Shown here one piece after another: positions 35,286 through 45,141 of a DNA stretch of 64,000 nucleotides. The notes beneath the pieces are model-generated. The model had not been told where the DNA came from. It saw nothing but the letters and a program-made list of their open reading frames with translations, and ran no database searches. Location: the IMG/VR virus record IMGVR_UViG_3300020577_007535, positions 1,401 to 65,400 of that record; one strand, written 5' to 3'. The translations under genes and the position numbers were made by a program. How positions within the stretch are numbered: the stretch's first letter is position 1; each line of letters opens with the position of its first letter. Source of the stretch: a virus. Lineage: Duplodnaviria; Caudoviricetes.

Positions 35286-36326
35286 ATGACCTTCGCGCTC
35301 AACCAGACGCCAGCGGATGGCGCAGTGGCGATGTACACGCTGCTGCAGACCGCCGCCTACCCGCTCATCGAGCCGGGGATCTGGTCGTGCGCGCGCTCGG
35401 GGAGCGGGACCGGCGGCGTGTACTCGGTCTGCGGCTCGGTCTTTTCCGCGGCCGCGCAGCTCGCAAACCCCTATGCGTGGTTTGTGCTCAAGAGCCCGGG
35501 CTACGTGGTGAGCCCGGCGCCGGCCGGGGGCCTGCAGTACTACCGCGAACTATGTTTTCAGCGCGGCGCGGATAACACGCAGTGGCGGGTCAAGTACTCG
35601 CCGCGCGCAGGCTTTACCGGCGGCTCGCCCGATCCGGACACCACGCCATCGGCGACCGATGAGCAGGTCATCCTGGGCGGGGGCACCGACGCGCTGCCGA
35701 CCTTCGGCACGCTGCTGCCGACCGACGGCACCTACCGGATGCAGATCAACATCTACAGCGAGGACATCGGGTTCTATTTGGTGACCTATCCGCTGGGCAG
35801 CGCGGTGCCGAACGCCTGCTTGATGATGGACCCGCTTTTGCCCGGGAGCTACCCGCTCGATGTAGCGGGCAACTCGCTCGAGCAGGACCCGGTGGTCATC
35901 TACCAGGCGACCGGATCGAATACGCTCAAGGGCGCAACGCTCGGCAGCGAGTCCACCGGCCCGCTCGGCTGGCTCAACTTCAGCCAGCCCGGGGCGCTGT
36001 GGACGCGGCTGCCCTGCTCGCTTTTGTGCGTGTACAACAGCGGCGGCGCGCTGCAGCCGGTCATCCCGGCGGGCCTGGCGCAGTCCTCGCTGTCCCTGGA
36101 CGTGGACGTGGGGCGCGGCACCTACAGCCGGCGCGCTGCGCTCGGCAGCACCACGGGCAAAAAGGGCGACCCGGGCATGTGGCGCTGGAACGGCATCCTC
36201 GGGGTGACGAGCGGCACGCTGCTCGGCCAGGCCGACGCCTCGGGCTACGCGCAGCCCTACTACTGGATCGTGCTCGGCGATGCGCTGCTGCGCTGGGACG
36301 GCACGACCTCACAGGTGCTGCTGTGA
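35286..36326 (+). CDS. Putative virion protein
   Basis: 346 aa, G/P/T-rich, in the structural operon. Confidence 0.65.
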   Translation: MTFALNQTPADGAVAMYTLLQTAAYPLIEPGIWSCARSGSGTGGVYSVCGSVFSAAAQLANPYAWFVLKSPGYVVSPAPAGGLQYYRELCFQRGADNTQWRVKYSPRAGFTGGSPDPDTTPSATDEQVILGGGTDALPTFGTLLPTDGTYRMQINIYSEDIGFYLVTYPLGSAVPNACLMMDPLLPGSYPLDVAGNSLEQDPVVIYQATGSNTLKGATLGSESTGPLGWLNFSQPGALWTRLPCSLLCVYNSGGALQPVIPAGLAQSSLSLDVDVGRGTYSRRAALGSTTGKKGDPGMWRWNGILGVTSGTLLGQADASGYAQPYYWIVLGDALLRWDGTTSQVLL

Positions 36327-36808
36327 CCGCGGCCGCGCCCTTACCGAGCGGCGGCAGCGGCGCCGGCCGGCTGTCCAACGGCGGCATGCGGTATGCCCAG
36401 GGCGACCTCGACTCGGGGGCATACCTCGCCTATCGCGATGTCATTACCTTCGGGCTGCAGTCCCGCACGGTGTCTGACATCGGCGAGGGCGTGGTATCGA
36501 GCCATTGCATCTCGGCGTCCTCGTATGCCAACGGGTTTTTGCGCAAGCGCTACAAGCTCCCGCTGGCGAGCTGGGGCCTGGACCTGGTTGAGCAGCTGGC
36601 GATCATCGTCGGCTATCGCTGCTTGTCCGGAGTCCGCGGCTTTAACCCCGAGGGCGGTGCCGGCAACAAGGAGTACCAGGCCCGATACAACGAGGCGCTG
36701 CAGTGGCTCAAGGACGTCCGCGACCTGAAGATCGATCCGGACGTGATCGAAGGCGTGCCGGTCACCTTCACGCCGCGCGCTGAGTCCGATCCGCGGCTGG
36801 GGTGGTGA
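36323..36808 (+). CDS. Head-tail adaptor (DUF1320 / Mu gp36-like)
   Basis: ASSYANGFLRKRYKLPL, YQARYNEALQWLKDVRD. Confidence 0.8.
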   Translation: MTAAAPLPSGGSGAGRLSNGGMRYAQGDLDSGAYLAYRDVITFGLQSRTVSDIGEGVVSSHCISASSYANGFLRKRYKLPLASWGLDLVEQLAIIVGYRCLSGVRGFNPEGGAGNKEYQARYNEALQWLKDVRDLKIDPDVIEGVPVTFTPRAESDPRLGW

Positions 36809-36809
36809 C

Positions 36810-37283
36810 ATGTTCGCCATCCGCACCAGCAGCACGAACCGGCTCGCCCGCATCGGCGCGTTTATCGCGCAGGCGCCGTTTCGCCTGACCGAGCAGCTCG
36901 CCAAGGAGACCGAGCGGGAAGTGATGCCGCTCATCCAGGAGGGCTTCATGCGCCGGGAGGACCCCTATGGCGTCCGCTGGCCCAAGCCCAAGGCCGGCAA
37001 TCCTCCGCTCGAGCGCACCGGCGCCGGTCGGCGCGCCTACCAGGTGATCCGCTCGATTCGCGGCGGCAAGTGGGCCGTGCTCGTCATGAACCTGGCGCGC
37101 TCGCGCGACGGCTACTACTACATGGGCGCGCTGCAGCGCGGCTACGTGCACTGGCGCAGCGGGATGATGATCATGCCCCGCCGCCAGGTCCCCGACACCA
37201 GGACCATGCCGGACCGGTGGCGCTACCGCTTCAAGGCGGCGGCTCGGCGCGCAGACAGCGCCTGGCGAAGGATGGCCCCATGA
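36810..37283 (+). CDS. Virion morphogenesis / neck protein (Mu gpG, P2 gpS-like)
   Basis: FMRREDPYGVRWPKPK...PLERTG; PRRQVP. Confidence 0.75.
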   Translation: MFAIRTSSTNRLARIGAFIAQAPFRLTEQLAKETEREVMPLIQEGFMRREDPYGVRWPKPKAGNPPLERTGAGRRAYQVIRSIRGGKWAVLVMNLARSRDGYYYMGALQRGYVHWRSGMMIMPRRQVPDTRTMPDRWRYRFKAAARRADSAWRRMAP

Positions 37284-37939
37284 GCGACAGGTACGCGGGG
37301 CCTCCGGACCCACCGGGGGAGCCGACCGATACGGGCGAGTGGCGCACGCAGCAGGGCGTAAGGCTCGGCTTCGTCGAGATCTGCACGAACATCATGCAGA
37401 TCCTCGGGCAGTTCTACGCGCCCGAGTACGAGGTGAACCACCAGCGCCACCAGCGCGAGTGGGTCCGCGGCGGCATCCCCGGATCTCCCGAGGTCGATGT
37501 CCAAGACGCTGCGAAGGCGCCGAACTGGTTCATCGGTGAGCAGTACCTGACGACCGAAGGCGCGCCGCATCGGATCGTGTTCGCGCGCACGAGCGGCATC
37601 CGGGTGCGGCTCCAGCCGCCCATGAAAGCCGGCTTCGAGGACATCGGCTACAAGCAGATTTTTAACTCCGTCTGGACACTGCCGGTCCGCGTCTGGGCCT
37701 TCGACGATGACGACCTGCAGGGGCTCGTCAACATGCTGCTGGCCGCGACGTACTACCTGACCCTGGGGAGCAGCCAGGGGCCGGTGGCCACCGACTTTGA
37801 CGTGCTGCCCAAGACTGACGGCTCCCGCGGCGTCGTCGCAGTCGTCCCGCTGCTCATCGGCATCCCCATGTGGTTGCCGCCTCTCAAGCCCGTCCGCACC
37901 CAGGCTGTGCGGGCGATCGGAAGGATTACGACCCCATGA
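37280..37939 (+). CDS. Putative tail terminator/completion protein
   Basis: Position between neck and sheath; VRVWAFDDDDLQGLVNMLL. Confidence 0.55.
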   Translation: MSDRYAGPPDPPGEPTDTGEWRTQQGVRLGFVEICTNIMQILGQFYAPEYEVNHQRHQREWVRGGIPGSPEVDVQDAAKAPNWFIGEQYLTTEGAPHRIVFARTSGIRVRLQPPMKAGFEDIGYKQIFNSVWTLPVRVWAFDDDDLQGLVNMLLAATYYLTLGSSQGPVATDFDVLPKTDGSRGVVAVVPLLIGIPMWLPPLKPVRTQAVRAIGRITTP

Positions 37940-38346
37940 CCCAGCGCCGACAGCTCTCGGAGCACATCACCAAATACGAACAGGACAAGCGTCCTGCGTG
38001 GATCTTGGCCGCGGCGCAGCACCAGCAGGCCTGGCACCGGCTGCCGTTTGCGCACCCCGCGCTCGACCTGACCGAAGAGGAGTTCGAGCGCGCGCTATCG
38101 CTCGCCGAGCACCACTCGCCCGGGCAGCCGATCGAGCTCGTGCGTCCGGTCAAGCTCGCGCTCGAAGAGCACGAGGGCGCCGCGCGCGCTGAGTCGGAGC
38201 GCAACGAGCAGGCGCTTGCCGCCCGCGCCAAGGCCGAAAAGGATGCAGCTGCCGCAGCTGCCGCAGCTGCCGCAGCTGCGCCTGCGCCCGCCCCTGTCTC
38301 GGACTCCGATCCCACCGCCCATGAAAACGAGGAGCACGGTCGATGA
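37936..38346 (+). CDS. Small pre-sheath protein with a poly-Ala tract
   Basis: WILAAAQ...DLTEEEFERAL; (GCAGCTGCC)n repeat near 38245-38280. Confidence 0.6.
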   Translation: MTQRRQLSEHITKYEQDKRPAWILAAAQHQQAWHRLPFAHPALDLTEEEFERALSLAEHHSPGQPIELVRPVKLALEEHEGAARAESERNEQALAARAKAEKDAAAAAAAAAAAAPAPAPVSDSDPTAHENEEHGR

Positions 38347-40115
38347 GCATCGTCCCCTATCAGTCAGCAGTGGTCGTTGATGGCGGCCTGGGCATCCCGG
38401 CCACCACGCCCGATCAGCTGCACGCCAAGATCGGCGTCAGCTCGGGCGGGCCGCGCAACACCCCTGTCTATGTCCCCGACCTCGCCACGCTCGTCAGCGT
38501 CTTTGAGGGCGGCCCCCTCGTGCGCGCTGGCGCCTACCACCTCAAGCAGACCGGCGGCTTTTGGGCCGTGCGGACCGCGACGAGCAACAACGGAACGCTG
38601 TCCTCGGTCACCAAGCAGCCGAACGGCGTGGACACCGGGACGCTCGCGATCGCGCTGTCCATCTTCACGATCCACGCGTCCGCCCCGGCCGGCGCGGCGC
38701 TCAACCTGACCTCGGGCTTCACCGACTTCCCCATCCCGGGCAAGCTCAAGATCGCGCTGGCCTCGCCGGGCGTTGCGACCACGTACGTCGTGCAGGGCGT
38801 GGACATCTACGGCAACACCGTGAGCGAGAACGTCGCGCTGCTCGTCGGTCCGAGCAATGCGACCTCGGTCAACGAGTACCAGCGGATCATCTCGATCACC
38901 ACGGCCGCCAACCCCGAGGGCGTGAGCACCTTCACGTCGGAGTCCGGCACGCCGATCGACCAGTTCGAGGCGATCGTCGAGGTCATGGTGGCCGGCTCGG
39001 TCGCCGCGGGCTCGATGCAGTACCGCTACAGCCTGGACAACGGGCGGACCTACAGCCCGACCCTGGTGGTCCCGGTCAACGGCGTCGTGGACCTTCAGAC
39101 CTACACCTCGGGGAGCTCGAACCCGTACCTCGGGTTCAAGATGACGTTCACCGATGGTGCGGGGCCGAACTACTTCAACGTCGGCACCAAGTATACCTTC
39201 ACCACGACGGCCCCGAGCTGGAGCGGCGGCGCGCTCATCACCGGCATGCAGGCGATGACGAGCAACCGCGATATCGCGAACCTGTTCAGCGGTTACCACG
39301 CGGTCGGCCCGGCCGACGGGACGATCTTCGTCTCGGTGGACAGCCAGCTGGAGAGCGACGCCAGCCAGCAGATCCTCTACAAGTTCGCCTACCTCGAAGC
39401 GGTCCGCATGGGCAACACCGCTGAGGCGACCTGGGCGGCGAACCTCATCACCGACTACGCGACCCGCAGCGTCCGCGTCGGCGTCGTCGCGGCCGACATG
39501 AACATGGAGAATCCGGCCTACGGCACCTACGACCGCTGCAACGCCGGCGCGGTGTACATGGGGCGCCTGATGGCGTGCCCTATCTCCGAGAGCCCCGCGC
39601 ACGTCAAGTGCGAGACGGTCTTCGGCTCCAAGACGTCGCTGCCGGGCGTCACCAAGCTGTACCAGACGATGACCTCCATCGTGCCGCTGACGGGCGCCAA
39701 CTTCGTCACCATGCGCCAGTTCACCACGCGCACCGGGTACTACGTCACCAAGGGCATCCTCAAGGCGCAGGAGACCTCGGATTTCAAAGAGATCACCAAC
39801 CGGCGCGTCATGGACGTCGCCCTGGTCATCGGCTACGACGTGCTGCTCGACTACCTGCAGGGCTCACCGCTGACCGACCCAGCGACGGGGCGGCTCGACG
39901 GGTCCACCGCGAACAAGATCGCGCAGGACGTGACCGCCAAGGAGCGCGCGCGCCTGCTCGGCGGCGGTCGGCAGCATGCCTCAGGGCTGCTCGTGCAGGT
40001 CGATGATACCCGCGACTTCCAGCGGGAGCGGACCCTGTACGGGACGATCAGCCTCGTGCCGCGCGGCATGGTCGACGCGATCATCAGCACCTTCCAGTAC
40101 GTGGCCACGCTGTAA
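38343..40115 (+). CDS. Tail sheath protein (DUF2586-like)
   Basis: 590 aa; SDFKEITNRRVMDVAL and GTISLVPRG C-terminal sheath motifs. Confidence 0.85.
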   Translation: MSIVPYQSAVVVDGGLGIPATTPDQLHAKIGVSSGGPRNTPVYVPDLATLVSVFEGGPLVRAGAYHLKQTGGFWAVRTATSNNGTLSSVTKQPNGVDTGTLAIALSIFTIHASAPAGAALNLTSGFTDFPIPGKLKIALASPGVATTYVVQGVDIYGNTVSENVALLVGPSNATSVNEYQRIISITTAANPEGVSTFTSESGTPIDQFEAIVEVMVAGSVAAGSMQYRYSLDNGRTYSPTLVVPVNGVVDLQTYTSGSSNPYLGFKMTFTDGAGPNYFNVGTKYTFTTTAPSWSGGALITGMQAMTSNRDIANLFSGYHAVGPADGTIFVSVDSQLESDASQQILYKFAYLEAVRMGNTAEATWAANLITDYATRSVRVGVVAADMNMENPAYGTYDRCNAGAVYMGRLMACPISESPAHVKCETVFGSKTSLPGVTKLYQTMTSIVPLTGANFVTMRQFTTRTGYYVTKGILKAQETSDFKEITNRRVMDVALVIGYDVLLDYLQGSPLTDPATGRLDGSTANKIAQDVTAKERARLLGGGRQHASGLLVQVDDTRDFQRERTLYGTISLVPRGMVDAIISTFQYVATL

Positions 40116-40130
40116 GAAAGGGATTCTCAG

Positions 40131-40649
40131 ATGCCCGTCATTGTTCCTTTCGTGCCGTATCCCAGGATCAACGGCAAATACTTCCAGTTCAGCTCGATCC
40201 GCTTCCACATCAACGGCGTCGAGTTCACCGACATCATCTCGCTCAACTTCGAGGATGGCGTCGAGCGCGGGTATGCGCGCGGCGCGAGCCGCATGAAGCT
40301 CGGACGGACCGCGGGCGACTACGATGCCACGGCGAGCTTTGACATCTGGACGACCAAGCTCGATGACTTCCTCAACATCGTGGACCCCGGCCGCCGGGGC
40401 TTCTACGACATCGAGGGCCTGGACGTCTCGGCGGACTTTGCCGAGCCGAACATGCCGCTGCAGACCGTCTCGCTCATCGGGCCGATCATCAACAAGATCT
40501 CCGACGCGCACAGCCAGGGCACCGAGCCGCTGAAGAACACCATCACGCTCGACATCTACGGCGTGCTGCGCAACGGTCGGCCCCCGATCGAGGGCATCGA
40601 CTTTGGCGCCGGCGCCGCGGGTGCTCCGCTGGTCCAGCAGAGCGTCTAG
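40131..40649 (+). CDS. Tail tube protein
   Basis: Directly after the sheath; FSSIRF...RGASRMKLGRTAGDYDATASF. Confidence 0.8.
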   Translation: MPVIVPFVPYPRINGKYFQFSSIRFHINGVEFTDIISLNFEDGVERGYARGASRMKLGRTAGDYDATASFDIWTTKLDDFLNIVDPGRRGFYDIEGLDVSADFAEPNMPLQTVSLIGPIINKISDAHSQGTEPLKNTITLDIYGVLRNGRPPIEGIDFGAGAAGAPLVQQSV

Positions 40650-40699
40650 CCCGCTCCCGCTCGTGGTATAGAGAGGCCACCCAAAGGAGGGTCTGACCC

Positions 40700-41281
40700 A
40701 TGACGACGACGACATCGCACGCGCAGCACAAGAGCCCCGCCCAGCAGGACGAGCTGGCGGGGCCGCACTTCAGCCAGGCCGAGCAGGCCGCGGCTGCACG
40801 GTACAGCATCAAAGACTGGCTGGAGCAGGACAGCACCATCAAGCGTGAGGACCTGTGCCTCTACGTGACCTTGAAGGGCTTGAACCCCGACACGGCCTAC
40901 GAGGGCATCGAGTTCACGCACGCCGAGCTCGGAGCGGCGCTGGCTGAGGTCGCGGACCTGCGCGCCAAGGTGCAGCAGGACAACAACCTGTCGGCCGAAA
41001 ACAGCGCGGTGGTCACCAGCCGTGAAGGCGCCATGGTGGGCTTTATCTGCCGCCGGCCCACGGCGGCCATCAGCGAGCGGTTCATGAATTCGCTGCTCAG
41101 CGACAGCGCCAAGGACAAGACCGCGGCGCAGCGGCAGATCTTCAATGACTGCGTGCTCTGGCCGCTGCCCGAGCGTCGCCAGCAGATCCTGGGTCGGTAC
41201 ACCATGATGGTGTACGGCCTGGGGGCGCAGCTCTACGAGATCGCCAGCGGAGTCAAGATCGACTCCGAAAAAAAGCGCTAG
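40700..41281 (+). CDS. Tail assembly chaperone (gpG-like)
   Basis: Between tube and tape measure; AAAGGAGG SD. Confidence 0.7.
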   Translation: MTTTTSHAQHKSPAQQDELAGPHFSQAEQAAAARYSIKDWLEQDSTIKREDLCLYVTLKGLNPDTAYEGIEFTHAELGAALAEVADLRAKVQQDNNLSAENSAVVTSREGAMVGFICRRPTAAISERFMNSLLSDSAKDKTAAQRQIFNDCVLWPLPERRQQILGRYTMMVYGLGAQLYEIASGVKIDSEKKR

Positions 41282-41472
41282 ACCTGCTCGCCGCCGCGCT
41301 GAGGACGGACGGCACTGGTTCGTACGTCGCCGCCCAGATGCTCCGGCTCTGGCTCGACAAGGACCCCGAAGAGGTGGCGGCGCGCAGGGCCATGGAGATG
41401 CTGATTGCCCGAGCTCTCATCGGGCTCGCTCGCCTGGATGACTTCCTGGCGAGCTTTATGACCGACTCGTAA
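41269..41472 (+). CDS. Programmed -1 frameshift extension (gpGT-like)
   Basis: Slippery A-AAA-AAG at 41269-41275 in the last codons of the chaperone. The -1 frame (ALDLLAAAL...FMTDS*) is open to TAA 41472, just before the tape measure. Confidence 0.8.
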   Translation, partial: KKALDLLAAALRTDGTGSYVAAQMLRLWLDKDPEEVAARRAMEMLIARALIGLARLDDFLASFMTDS

Positions 41473-41480
41473 GGAGCTGA

Positions 41481-43811
41481 GTGGACCCGCTCGAATGGAT
41501 GCTGGAGTTTGTGGACCGGATCTCCGCCCCCGCCAAGGCCATGAGCCTGGCGGTGCGGGGTCTTGTCGTGCAGCTCCGGGACCTCGAAAAGGTCTTTGAC
41601 CGGCTTATCGCCAAGGGCCGCGCGCTCGAGTCCATGTTCAAGCGCGCGGCCGGCGTGGCCAACGCTGCCGCCAAGATCTCGACCGCGGTCGATAAGATCG
41701 AGCGGGCAGCGTCAGGAGGTAGCGGCCGGAGCCGCAACCCCGAGGCCGAGCGGCTGCGCCAGGAGCGCGCCGCGCAGAAAGAGATCGCGCGCGCCTCGCG
41801 CCTCGCCGAGCGGCAGACCAAGATGGCCGAGAAAGAGGCGGCCAAGATCGAGCGGATGGCGACGCGCAAGGCCGAGAAAGAGGCCAACGTCGCAGCTCGC
41901 ATCGCCGCGCGCGGGGCCAAGATCAAGGAGCGCGAGGGCATCAAGGCCGCCAAGCAGGCCGAGCGCATCCGCAACGCGGGGCCGGGCTCCAAGACGATCA
42001 GCTGGAGCCAGGCCAAGGAAGTCTTCAGCGGCTCGGGGCAGAACTTCGAGATCTTCAAAGGCAAGCTGCAGGGCCTGGGCGTGTCGGCCATGGACAGCGC
42101 GCTGCTCGTGCGCAAGCTCCGCCGCGAGCTCGAAGGCAGCCGCAAGGAGGCGATGAAGCTCGGCGAGGGCGGCTGGCTCGCCACCTTCCGGCGCAACATC
42201 TGGACGCTGAGCCACACGCTCAACGTCTTTAAGACCGCGGCCGGCGCCGTATATGGGGCGCCTCAGCAGGTCTACGGCGTGGGATCGGCCGGCATCGGGG
42301 CGGTGCTCGACTCGGCGCAGTTCCGCGAAAACACGCTCGTCAGCTTCCAGGAGATGCTCAAGCCCTTCTACGGCGAGGAGGGGAAAAAGGGCGCCGCCGT
42401 CGAGATGTTCGGCAAGGCGCAAAAATTCGCCGTCGAGACGCCGATGGAGACGCATGACGTCGTGGAGGGCTACAACAGCTTCCTCGGCGCCGGCGTCGAT
42501 CCGATGCACGTCGAGAAGATGTTCGCCTCGGGCGCCGACGTCTTCGCCAAATACGGAAAATCTGCCTATGACAGCTACCTGCACGGCATGGTCAAGATGC
42601 AGGCGCTCGGCAAGGTGAACCAGGACACCTTGACCGAGATGGCGGCCGGCTCTCACTTGAACCTCACCCAGGTGTACGCCAGCCTCGGCAAGATGGCCGG
42701 CTTCAAGGGCGACGAGGACCAGGTACGCGAGCAGGTGATCAAGAAGCTCGGCAAGGGGGAGTTCCACAGCACCGCCGGCCAGTGGGCGGCCATGACCGCG
42801 ATGTCCGGCGGCGAGGACTTTGGCGGCTTCGCGAAGAAGCAGAGCGAGACGCTGACGGGCTCCATCTCCAACCTCAAGAGCTCGCTGACCGACCTCATGG
42901 AGTCCACCGACATGTCCAAGTGGCCGGGGATCTCCGAGCTGAAGGAAACGATCAAGTGGCTGACCGAGCAGATCAAGCCCGGCTCGGCTTACGGCGAGCG
43001 GCTGCTCAAGTCCATCGAGCGCGTCGTCAACGCCCTGTTCGGGGGCCTCGAGGGCATCCGCGCCTCGGGAATCGAGGGTGTGATCGGCTTTATCGAAGAC
43101 GCCAGCGTCAAGATCGCCAAGGCGCTTGATCAGGCCTGGGACGCGCTGCTCAAGATCTCGGGCGGCGGGGGCCTGGACGATCTGGGCTCGATGCTGAGCA
43201 ACACCTTCGAGAACCTGGGCGGCCTGGTGGGCAAAGGCTTCGGGATGGCGCTCGTCGATCTGATCCCGTGGATCGTGGAGAACACGATCAAGGCCATCCC
43301 GGCGGCGCTCAACGCCGTGGGGAGTGGCGCCGCCGGGCTTGGGATGAGCCTCGGCCAGAGCCTGGGCCGGGCCTTCCCCAATGTCAGCTCCGCCGCGGCG
43401 ACGGTGATCAACCCCGTCCTGAAGGCCGATGCCTGGGCGACCGAGAAGATCATCGGCATGTTCGGCAGCGGGGGCGGCGGCGCGCCGGCGCCGGTGCCGA
43501 GCGGCGGCGAGAGTTCCAGCGACGCCCCGATCCCCGCGTACGACTCCGGCGGCCGCGTTCCGGGACCGACCGGCCGCAAAGTCATGGCGTGGGTCCGCGG
43601 CGGCGAGCGCTGGGAGGGCATGGGTTCGAGCTCGCGCGGTGGCTTTGGCGGCGGCGGCGGAAACAACATCACCGTCGAGAATTACAACTACTTCGGCGAC
43701 ATGTCTGACGGCGACGCCGAGGACTCGCTGGCCCGCTCGCTCGAACAGAGCACAAGCCGCGGCGTGCTGCGCGCGCTTGAGCGCCTCGGCTCCTCGCAGG
43801 GGGTCTTCTGA
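41481..43811 (+). CDS. Tape measure protein
   Basis: 776 aa, helical; tape-measure domain QKFAVETPMETHDVVEG...QSETLTGSISNLKSSL. Confidence 0.9.
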   Translation: MDPLEWMLEFVDRISAPAKAMSLAVRGLVVQLRDLEKVFDRLIAKGRALESMFKRAAGVANAAAKISTAVDKIERAASGGSGRSRNPEAERLRQERAAQKEIARASRLAERQTKMAEKEAAKIERMATRKAEKEANVAARIAARGAKIKEREGIKAAKQAERIRNAGPGSKTISWSQAKEVFSGSGQNFEIFKGKLQGLGVSAMDSALLVRKLRRELEGSRKEAMKLGEGGWLATFRRNIWTLSHTLNVFKTAAGAVYGAPQQVYGVGSAGIGAVLDSAQFRENTLVSFQEMLKPFYGEEGKKGAAVEMFGKAQKFAVETPMETHDVVEGYNSFLGAGVDPMHVEKMFASGADVFAKYGKSAYDSYLHGMVKMQALGKVNQDTLTEMAAGSHLNLTQVYASLGKMAGFKGDEDQVREQVIKKLGKGEFHSTAGQWAAMTAMSGGEDFGGFAKKQSETLTGSISNLKSSLTDLMESTDMSKWPGISELKETIKWLTEQIKPGSAYGERLLKSIERVVNALFGGLEGIRASGIEGVIGFIEDASVKIAKALDQAWDALLKISGGGGLDDLGSMLSNTFENLGGLVGKGFGMALVDLIPWIVENTIKAIPAALNAVGSGAAGLGMSLGQSLGRAFPNVSSAAATVINPVLKADAWATEKIIGMFGSGGGGAPAPVPSGGESSSDAPIPAYDSGGRVPGPTGRKVMAWVRGGERWEGMGSSSRGGFGGGGGNNITVENYNYFGDMSDGDAEDSLARSLEQSTSRGVLRALERLGSSQGVF

Positions 43812-44455
43812 TGCTGCCCTCCGTCATCGGCACGCCCGCGCGGCCGCTCGCAATCCGGGGCTTTGGCGCCTGGGACATGATCGTCATCCGGGGCATCACG
43901 TTCGTGCTCGCCGATCAGCCCAAGTACGAGCGCAAGACCCGGCTCGACAAAAAGGGCGGCCCCGGCCACGACAACACGAACAACACCGGCAAGGGCCAGA
44001 TCAGCAGCGACATCCACATCGACTTGCTGCTGTGGCTCGATACGAGCGGGTACAACTGGCTTCAGGTCTACGCGGACCTGGTGCCGCTCATCCAGTCCAA
44101 GGACCCGAACAAGCGCTTTGCGGTGCCGGTCTACGCCGTCGGCCTGACGAACCTCTTTGGCATCAACAGCATCGTCGTCACCAGCTGCTCGACGCCCCAG
44201 TACAAGGGCAAGCAGATGTTCACCGCGTCGATCAAGGCCGCCGACTCGCGGCACATCGGCAAGGGCAACGCGACGAAAAAAATGGTCCGCGCTGACCAGC
44301 TCGGCGGAAAGACCGTGGTCAACCGCGACGTGGTGAACCCGCCGCAGTCGCCAAACCAGTCGATCCAGGAGTACCAGTCCACGATCGGCCCGGCCTCGGC
44401 CGAGCAGCTCCAGAGCCGCGTGAACACGCCGGCCACCCGGTCCACGCGCCCATGA
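43811..44455 (+). CDS. Tail tube initiator / baseplate-proximal protein
   Basis: Follows the tape measure with a TGATG overlap. Confidence 0.55.
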   Translation: MLPSVIGTPARPLAIRGFGAWDMIVIRGITFVLADQPKYERKTRLDKKGGPGHDNTNNTGKGQISSDIHIDLLLWLDTSGYNWLQVYADLVPLIQSKDPNKRFAVPVYAVGLTNLFGINSIVVTSCSTPQYKGKQMFTASIKAADSRHIGKGNATKKMVRADQLGGKTVVNRDVVNPPQSPNQSIQEYQSTIGPASAEQLQSRVNTPATRSTRP

Positions 44456-45141
44456 GCGGTGGCGATGCGACAGTCGCCGGCATCACCGTCGTCAATGGCA
44501 ACCTCTCCGAGGGACGGATCGGCAACTGGCAGGGCGAGTTTCTGCTGGAGCTGGCGGGCGAGCAGCCGGCGCCGACGGGCCTGGCAGAGTTCAACCTGCT
44601 CGGCACCACCTGGCAGGGCTACATCCAGCGCTCGGGCGAGCCGTACCAGCAGGCGCGCGTCCGGATGGTCGGCGGCAAGGGCAAGCTGCGCGACAAGATA
44701 CCGGCGCGGGACTACCGGGTGTGCAGCTACCTTCAGGTCATCCAGGAGACGATCGAGGATGCCGGGGAGGAGATCAACACCACCGATTCCGTCGGCAGGT
44801 TCGACATCATCGACGGGTGGTCACGCTTCAACCAGCGCATGATCATCGAACTCGGGCAGCTCATCGCGCTGCGCAGCCAGAGCGATGGCACCTGCTGGCG
44901 CATGGGCCGGGACGGGCGGATCATCGTGGCGCCGCCGGTGGTGACCGACGTGACGCAGAGCCTGATTCTCGTCGGCGACTGGCCCCAGGAGGCGCGGCGG
45001 ATGTACGCGCTGGAGGACGAGGCCGATGGCGTAAACATCTTCGCCGGGCAGCGGCTGGAGCCCGGGGTGCTCATCGACCGGATCGACTGGACGATCATTC
45101 CCAAAAAAACGCGCCTCACCGTCTGGACCGTGCCCGAATGA
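44452..45141 (+). CDS. Baseplate hub (gpD/gp44-like)
   Basis: Position; VRMVGGKGKL; WRMGRDGRIIV. Confidence 0.6.
   Translation: MSGGDATVAGITVVNGNLSEGRIGNWQGEFLLELAGEQPAPTGLAEFNLLGTTWQGYIQRSGEPYQQARVRMVGGKGKLRDKIPARDYRVCSYLQVIQETIEDAGEEINTTDSVGRFDIIDGWSRFNQRMIIELGQLIALRSQSDGTCWRMGRDGRIIVAPPVVTDVTQSLILVGDWPQEARRMYALEDEADGVNIFAGQRLEPGVLIDRIDWTIIPKKTRLTVWTVPE

Noticed and set aside
25647-37283. Transposable Mu-like phage
   Set aside because: The head genes are Mu-like, but no transposase A/B, Mu ends or gin invertase are recognisable and the terminase is PBSX-type. Such genes could lie outside the window.
38245-38280. (GCAGCTGCC)n tandem repeat as a CRISPR or contingency locus
   Set aside because: A short in-frame 9-mer encoding poly-Ala; no spacers and no frame change.
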